Source: Eledone cirrhosa (Eukaryota). Taken from it: DNA of 64,000 nucleotides. The notes under the pieces were generated by a model. That model was not told where the DNA came from and did not search any database. It saw only the letters and a program-made list of their open reading frames with translations. Where the stretch lies: positions 176,452,001 through 176,516,000 of the forward strand of contig OZ024740.1 in assembly GCA_964016885.1 (NCBI GenBank). The letters are read 5' to 3'. This document shows positions 56,650-64,000 of this stretch, piece by piece (position 1 is the stretch's first letter; every line of letters begins with the position of its first letter). The translations under genes were made by a program, and so were the position numbers.

Positions 56650-59600
56650 GTGTCTGGTGTTAGTGGTAGTGACAGTGTTAGTGTTGATGTTAGTAGTGGT
56701 TATGAGAGTGTTAGTGTTGATGTTAGTAGTGGTAGTGACAGTGTTAGTGTTGATGTTAGTAGTGGTTATGAGAGTGTTAGTGTTGATGTTAGTAGTGGTA
56801 GTGACAGAGTTAGTGTTGATGTTAGTAGTGGTTATGAGAGTGTTAGTGTTGATGTTAGTAGTGGTAGTGACAGTGTTAGTGTTGATGTTAGTAGTGGCTA
56901 TGGCAGTGTTAGTGTTGATGTTAGTAGTGGTAGTGACAGTGTTAGTGTTGATGTTAGTAGTGGCTATGGCAGTGTTAGTGTTGATGTTAGTAGTGGTTAT
57001 GACAGTGTTAGTGTTGATGTTAGTAGTGGTTATGACAGTGTTAGTGTTGATGTTAGTAGTGGTAGTGACAGTGTTAGTGTTGATGTTAGTAGTGGCTATG
57101 GCAGTGTTAGTGTTGATGTTAGTAGTGGTTATGACAGTGTTAGTGTTGATGTTAGTAGTGGTTATGACAGTGTTAGTGTTGATGTTAGTAGTGGTAGTGA
57201 CAGTGTTAGTGTTGATGTTAGTAGTGGCTATGGCAGTGTTAGTGTTGATGTTAGTAGTGGTTATGACAGTGTTAGTGTTGATGTTAGTAGTGGTTATGAC
57301 AGTGTTAGTGTTGATGTTAGTAGTGGTAGTGACAGTGTTAGTGTTGATGTTAGTAGTGGCTATGGCAGTGTTAGTGTTGATGTTAGTAGTGGTTATGACA
57401 GTGTTAGTGTTGATGTTAGTAGTGGTTATGACAGTGTTAGTGTTGATGTTAGTAGTGGTAGTGACAGTGTTAGTGTTGATGTTAGTAGTGGCTATGGCAG
57501 TGTTAGTGTTGATGTTAGTAGTGGTTATGACAGTGTTAGTGTTGATGTTAGTAGTGGTTATGACAGTGTTAGTGTTGATGTTAGTAGTGGTAGTGACAGT
57601 GTTAGTGTTGATGTTAGTAGTGGCTATGGCAGTGTTAGTGTTGATGTTAGTAGTGGTTATGACAGTGTTAGTGTTGATGTTAGTAGTGGTAGTGACAGTG
57701 TTAGTGTTGATGTTAGTAGTGGTTATGACAGTGTTAGTGTTGATGTTAGTAGTGGTAATGACAGTGTTAGTGTTGATGTTAGTAGTGGCTATGGCAGTGT
57801 TAGTGTTGATGTTAGTAGTGGTAGTGACAGTGTTAGTGTTGATGTTAGTAGTGGTTATGACAGTGTTAGTGTTGATGTTAGTAGTGGTAGTGACAGTGTT
57901 AGTGTTGATGTTAGTAGTGGTTATGACAGTGTTAGTGTTGATGTTAGTAGTGGTAGTGACAGTGTTAGTGTTGATGTTAGTAGTGGCTATGGCAGTGTTA
58001 GTGTTGATGTTAGTAGTGGTAGTGACAGTGTTAGTGTTGATGTTAGTAGTGGCTATGGCAGTGTTAGTGTTGATGTTAGTAGTGGTAGTGACAGAGTTAG
58101 TGTTGATGTTAGTAGTGGCTATGGCAGTGTTAGTGTTGATGTTAGTAGTGGTAGTGACAGTGTTAGTGTTGATGTTAGTAGTGGCTATGGCAGTGTTAGT
58201 GTTGATGTTAGTAGTGGTAGTGACAGTGTTAGTGTTGATGTTAGTAGTGGCTATGGCAGTGTTAGTGTTGATGTTAGTAGTGGTAGTGACAGTGTTAGTG
58301 TTGATGTTAGTAGTGGTAATGACAGTGTTATTGTTGATGTTAGTAGTGGCTATGGCAGTGTTAGTGTTGATGTTAGTAGTGGTAGTGACAGTGTTAGTGT
58401 TGATGTTAGTAGTGGTTATGACAGTGTTAGTGTTGATGTTAGTAGTGGTTATGACAGTGTTAGTGTTGATGTTAGTAGTGGTAGTGACAGTGTTAGTGTT
58501 GATGTTAGTAGTGGTAGTGACAGTGTTAGTGTTGATGTTAGTAGTGGTTATGACAGTGTTAGTGTTGATGTTAGTAGTGGTTATGACAGTGTTAGTGTTG
58601 ATGTTAGTAGTGGTTATGACAGTGTTAGTGTTGATGTTAGTAGTGGTTATGACAGTGTCAGTGTTGGTGTTAGTAGTGGTTATGACTGTGTTAGTGTTGA
58701 TGTTAGTAGTGGTTATGACAGTGTTAGTGTTGGTGTTAGTAGTGGTTATGACAGTGTTAGTGTTGATGGTAGTAGTGGTCATGACAGGGTTGGTGTTGAA
58801 GTTAGTAGTGGTTATGACAGTGTTAGTGTTGATGGTAGTAGTGGTTATGACAGTGTTAGTGTTGATGTGAGTAGTGTTTATGACAGTGTTAGTGTTGATG
58901 TTAGTAGTGTTTATGACAGTGTTAGTGTTGATGTTAGTAGTGGTTATGACAGTGTTAGTGTTGATGTTAGTAGTGGTTATGACAGTGTTAGTGTTGATGT
59001 TAATAGTGTTTATGACAGTGTTAGTGTTGATGTTAGTAGTGGTTATGACAGTGTTAGTGTTGATGTCAATAGTGGTTATGACAGTGATAGTGTTGATGTT
59101 AGTAGTGGTTATGACAGTGTCAGTGTTGATGTTAGTAGTGGTTATCACAGTGTTAGTGTTGATGGTAGTAGTGGTTATGACAGTGTTAGTGTTGATGTTA
59201 GTAGTGGTAGTGACAGTGTTAGTGTTGATGTTAGTAGTGGTTATGACAGTGTTAGTGTTGATGTTAGTAGTGGTTATGTCAGTGTTAGTGTTGATGTTAG
59301 TAGTGGTTATGACAGTGTTAGTGTTGATGTTAGTAGTGGTTATGGCAGTGTTAGTGTTGATGTTAGTAGTGGTTATGACAGTGTCAGTGTTGATGTTAGT
59401 AGTGGTTATGACAGTGTCAGTGTTGATGTTAGTAGTGGTTATGACAGTTTCAGTGTTGGTGTTAGTAGTGGTTATGACAGTGTTGATTGTTAGTAGTAGC
59501 TATGACAGTTTCAGTGTTGGTGTTAGTAGTGGTTATGACAGTGTTAGTGTTGATGTTAGTAGTGGTTATGACAGTGTTAGTGTTGATGTTAGTAGTGGTT

Positions 59601-62600
59601 ATGACAGTCGTAGTGTTGATGTTAGTAGTGGCTATGACTGTGTTAGTGTTGATGTTAGTAGTGGTTATGACAGTCGTAGTATTGATGTTAGTAGTGGTTA
59701 TGACAGTGTTAGTGTTGGTGTTAGTAGTGGTTATGACAGTGTTAGTGTTGATGTTAGTAGTGGTTATCACAGTGTTAGTGTTGATGTTACTTGTGGTTAT
59801 GACAGTGTTAGTGTTCATGTTAGTAGTGGTTATGAAAGTCGTAGTGTTGATGTTAGTAGTGGTTATGACAGTGTTAGTGTTGATGGTAGTAATAGCTATG
59901 ACAGTGTTAGTGTTGATGTTAGTAGTGGTTATGACAGTGTTAGTGTTTATGTTATTAGTGGTTATCACAGTGTTAGTGTTGATGTTAGTAGTGGTTATGA
60001 CAGTGTTAATATTGATGTTAGTAGTGCTTATGACAGTGTTAGTGTTGATGTTAGTAGTGGCTATGACAGTGTTAGTGTTGATGTTAGTAGTGGTTATGAC
60101 AGTGTTAGTGTTGATATTAGTAGTGGTTATGACAGTCGTAGTGTTGATGTTAGTAGTGGCTATGACAGTGTTAGTGTTGATGTTAGTAGTGGTTATGGCA
60201 GTGTTAGTGTTGATGTTAGTAGTGGTTATGACAGTGTCAGTGTTGATGTTAGTAGTGGTTATGACAGTGTTAGTGTTGATGTTAGTAGTGGTTATGACAG
60301 TGTTAGTGTTGATGTTAGTAGTGGTTATGACAGTGTTAGTGTTGATGTTAGTAGTGGTTATGACAGCGTTAGTGTTGATGTTAATAGTGGTTATGACAGT
60401 GTTAGTGTTGATGTTAGTAGTGGTTATGACAGTGTTAGTGTTGGTGTTAGTAGTGGTTATGACAGTGTTAGTGTTGGTGTTAGTAGTGGTTATGACAGTG
60501 TTAGTGTTGATGTTAGTAGTGGTTATGACAGTGTTAGTGTTAATGTTAGTAGTGGTTATGACAGTGTTAGTGTTGATGTTAGTAGTGGTTATGGCAGTGT
60601 TAGTGTTGATGTTAGTAGTGGTTATGACAGTGTTAGTGTTGATGTTAGTAGTGGTTATGACAGTGTTAGTGTTGATGTTACTTGTGGTTATGACAGTGTT
60701 AGTGTTGATGTTAGTAGTGGTTATGACAGTCGTAGTGTTGATGTTAGTAGTGGTTATGACAGTGTTAGTGTTGATGGTAGTAGTGCTCATGACAGTGTTA
60801 GTGTTTATGTTATTAGTGGTTATCACAGTGTTAGTGTTGATGTTAGTAGTGGTTATGATAGTGTTAATGTTGATGTTAGTAGTGCTTATGACAGTGTTAG
60901 TGTTGATGTTAGTAGTGGCTATGACAGTCGTAGTGTTGATGTTAGTAGTGGTTATGGCAGTGTTAGTGTTGATGTTAGTAGTGCTTATGACAGTGTTAAT
61001 GTTGATGTTAGTAGTGGTTATGACAGTGTTAGTGTTGATGTTAGTAGTGGTTATGACAGTGTCAGTGTTGATGTTAGTAGTGGTTATGACATGTGTTAGT
61101 GTTGATGTTAGTAGTGGTTATGACAGTGTTAGTGTTGATGTTAGTAGTGGCTATGACAGTGTTAGTGTTGATGTTAGTAGTGGTTATGACAGTGTTAGTG
61201 TTGATGTTAGTTGTGGTTATGACAGTGTTAGTTTTGATGTTAGTAGTGGTTATGACAGTGTCAGTGTTGGTGTTAGTAGTGGTTATGACAGTGTTAGTGT
61301 TGATGTTAGTAGTGGTACTGACAGTGTTAGTGTTGATGTTAGTAGTGGGTATGACAGTGTTAGTGTTGTTGTTAGTAGTGGTTATGGCAGTGTTGATGTA
61401 GTAGTGGTAGTGACAGTGTGAGTGTTGATGTTAGTAGTGGTTATGACAGTGTTAGTGTTGATGTTAGTTGTGGTTATGACAGTGTTGGTTTTGATGTTAG
61501 TAGTGGTTATGGCAGTGTCAGTGTTGGTGTTAGTAGTGGTTATGATAGTGTTAGTGTTGATGTTAGTAGTGGTACTGACAGTGTTAGTGTTGATGTTAGT
61601 ATTGGTTATGACAGTGTTAGTGTTGTTGTTAGTAGTGGTAGTGGCAGTGTTGATGTAGTAGTGGTAGTGACAGTGTGAGTGTTGATGTTAGTAGTGGTTA
61701 TGACAGCGTTAGTGTTGATGTTAGTAGTGGCTATGACAGTCGTAGTGTTGATGTTAGTAGTGGTTATGGCAGTGTTAGTGTTGATGTTAGTAGTGGTTAT
61801 GACAGTGTTAATGTTGATGTTAGTAGTGGTTATGACAGTGTTAGTGTTGATGTTAGTAGTGGTTATGACAGTGTTAGTTTTGATGTTAGTAGTAGTTATG
61901 ATAGTGTTAGTGTTGATGTTAGTAGTGGTTATGATAGTGTTAGTGTTGATGTTAGTAGTGGTTATGACAGTGTTAGTTTTGATGTTAGTAGTGGTTATGA
62001 CAGTGTTAGTTTTGATGTTAGTAGTAGTTATGATAGTGTTAGTGTTGATGTTAGTAGTAGTTATGATAGTGTTAGTGTTGATGTTAGTAGTGGTTATGAC
62101 AGTGTTAGTTTTGATGTTAGTAGTAGTTATGACAGTGTCAGTGTTGGTGTTAGTAGTGGTAGTGGCAGTGTTGATGTAGTAGTGGTAGTGACAGTGTGAG
62201 TGTTGATGTTAGTAGTGGTTATGACAGCGTTAGTGTTGATGTTAGTTGTGGTTATGACAGTGTTGGTTTTGATGTTAGTAGTGGTTATGGCAGTGTCAGT
62301 GTTGGTGTTAGTAGTGGTTATGATAGTGTTAGTGTTGATGTTAGTAGTGGTACTGACAGTGTTAGTGTTGATGTTAGTAGTGGTTATGACAGTTTTAATG
62401 TTGATGTTAGTAGTGGTTATGACAGCGTTAGTGTTGATGTTAGTAGTGGTTATGACAGTGTTAGTGTTGATGTTAGTAGTGGTTATGACAGTGTTAGTGT
62501 TGGTGTTAGTAGTGGTTATGACAGTGTTAGTGTTGGTGTTAGTAGTGGTTATGACAGTGTTAGTGTTGATGTTAGTAGTGGTTATGACAGTGTTAGTGTT

Positions 62601-64000
62601 GATGTTAGTAGTGGTTATGACAGTGTTAGTGTTGGTGTTAGTAGTGGTTATGACAGTGTTATTGTTGGTGTTAGTAGTGGTTATGACAGTGTTAGTGTTG
62701 ATGTTAGTAGTGTTTATGACAGTGTTAGTGTTGATGTTAGTAGTGGTTATGACAGTGTTAGTGTTGATGTTAGTAGTGGTTATGGCAGTGTTAGTGTTGA
62801 TGTTAGTAGTGGTTATGACAGTGTTAGTGTTGATGTTAGTAGTGGTTATGACAGTGTTAGTGTTGATGTTACTTGTGGTTATGACAGTGTTAGTGTTGAT
62901 GTTAGTAGTGGTTATGACAGTCGTAGTGTTGATGTTAGTAGTGGTTATGACAGTGTTAGTGTTGATGGTAGTAATGGCTATGACAGTGTTAGTGTTGATG
63001 TTAGTAGTGGTTATGACAGTGTTAGTGTTGATGTTATTAGTGGTTATCACAGTGTTAGTGTTGATGTTAGTAGTGGTTATGACAGTGTTAATGTTGATGT
63101 TAGTAGTGCTTATGACAGTGTTAGTGTTGATGTTAGTAGTGGCTATGACAGTCGTAGTGTTGATGTTAGTAGTGGTTATGGCAGTGTTAGTGTTGATGTT
63201 AGTAGTGGTTATGACAGTGTTAATGTTGATGTTAGTAGTGGTTATGACAGTGTTAGTGTTGATGTTAGTAGTGGTTATGACAGTGTCAGTGTTGATGTTA
63301 GTAGTGGTTATGACATGTCTTAGTATTGATGTTAGTAGTGGTTATGACAGTGTTAGTGTTGATGTTAGTAGTGGATATGACAGTGTTAGTGTTGATGTTA
63401 GTATTGGTTATGACAGTGTCAGTGTTGATGTTAGTAGTGGTTATGATAGTGTTAGTGTTGATGTTAGTAGTGGTTATGACAGTGTTAGTGTTGATGTTAG
63501 TAGTGGTTATGACAGTGTCAGTGTTGATGTTAGTAGTGGTTATGACATGTGTTAGTGTTGATGTTAGTTGTGGTTATGACAGTGTTAGTGTTGATGTTAG
63601 TAGTGGATATGACAGTGTTAGTGTTGATGTTAGTAGTGGATATGACAGTGTTAGTGTTGATGTTAGTAGTGGCTATGACAGTCGTAGTGTTGATGTTAGT
63701 AGTGGTTATGGCAGTGTTAGTGTTGATGTTAGTAGTGGTCATGACAGTGTTAATGTTGATGGTAGTAGTGGTTATGACATGTGTTAGTGTTGATGTTAGT
63801 AGTGGTTATGACAGTGTTAGTGTTGATGTTAGTTGTGGTTATGACAGTGTTAGTGTTGATGTTAGTAGTGGATATGACAGTGTCAGTGTTGATGTTAGTA
63901 GTGGTTATGACATGTGTTAGTGTTGATGTTAGTAGTGGTTATGACAGTGTTAGTGTTGATGTTAGTTGTGGTTATGACAGTGTTAGTTTTGATGTTAGTA
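56650..64000. repeat. 33-bp minisatellite (gttagtagtggttatgacagtgttagtgttgat)n, preceded by degenerate (GGT)n at 56040-56650; runs off the window
   Basis: 11-residue periodicity (VSSGYDSVSVD / TTTNINTNTVI) in all repeat ORFs. Confidence 0.97.

Noticed and set aside
56650-64000. CRISPR array or large repeat-protein genes
   Set aside because: There are no unique spacers and no cas genes; the unit is a multiple of 3 and stop-free in several frames, so long ORFs arise trivially

Overview
AT-rich, microsatellite-dense eukaryotic non-genic DNA. The repeat repertoire looks cephalopod (Octopus-like); this is inferred from repeat recognition only. No host protein-coding gene is confidently identified. 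Contents: decayed retroelements (two Penelope-like elements [PLEs] with GIY-YIG and/or RT coding sequence, a three-copy Tx1/L1 cluster, an R4/Dong-like element in (TATG)n, RTE and CR1-like fragments), about 16 copies of a tRNA-derived SINE, non-autonomous Helitrons and MITEs, and a >7 kb 33-bp minisatellite. The main signal is a set of many unrelated short non-coding families lying in or beside (TA)n microsatellites, arranged as fold-back inverted duplications and/or partial tandems. At least 8 families carry a hand-foldable minimal type I hammerhead ribozyme (HHR), including U3-A8 covariant and GCAA core variants. One family is directly linked to a GIY-YIG-coding PLE. Ribozyme calls are manual folds; most element boundaries are approximate.
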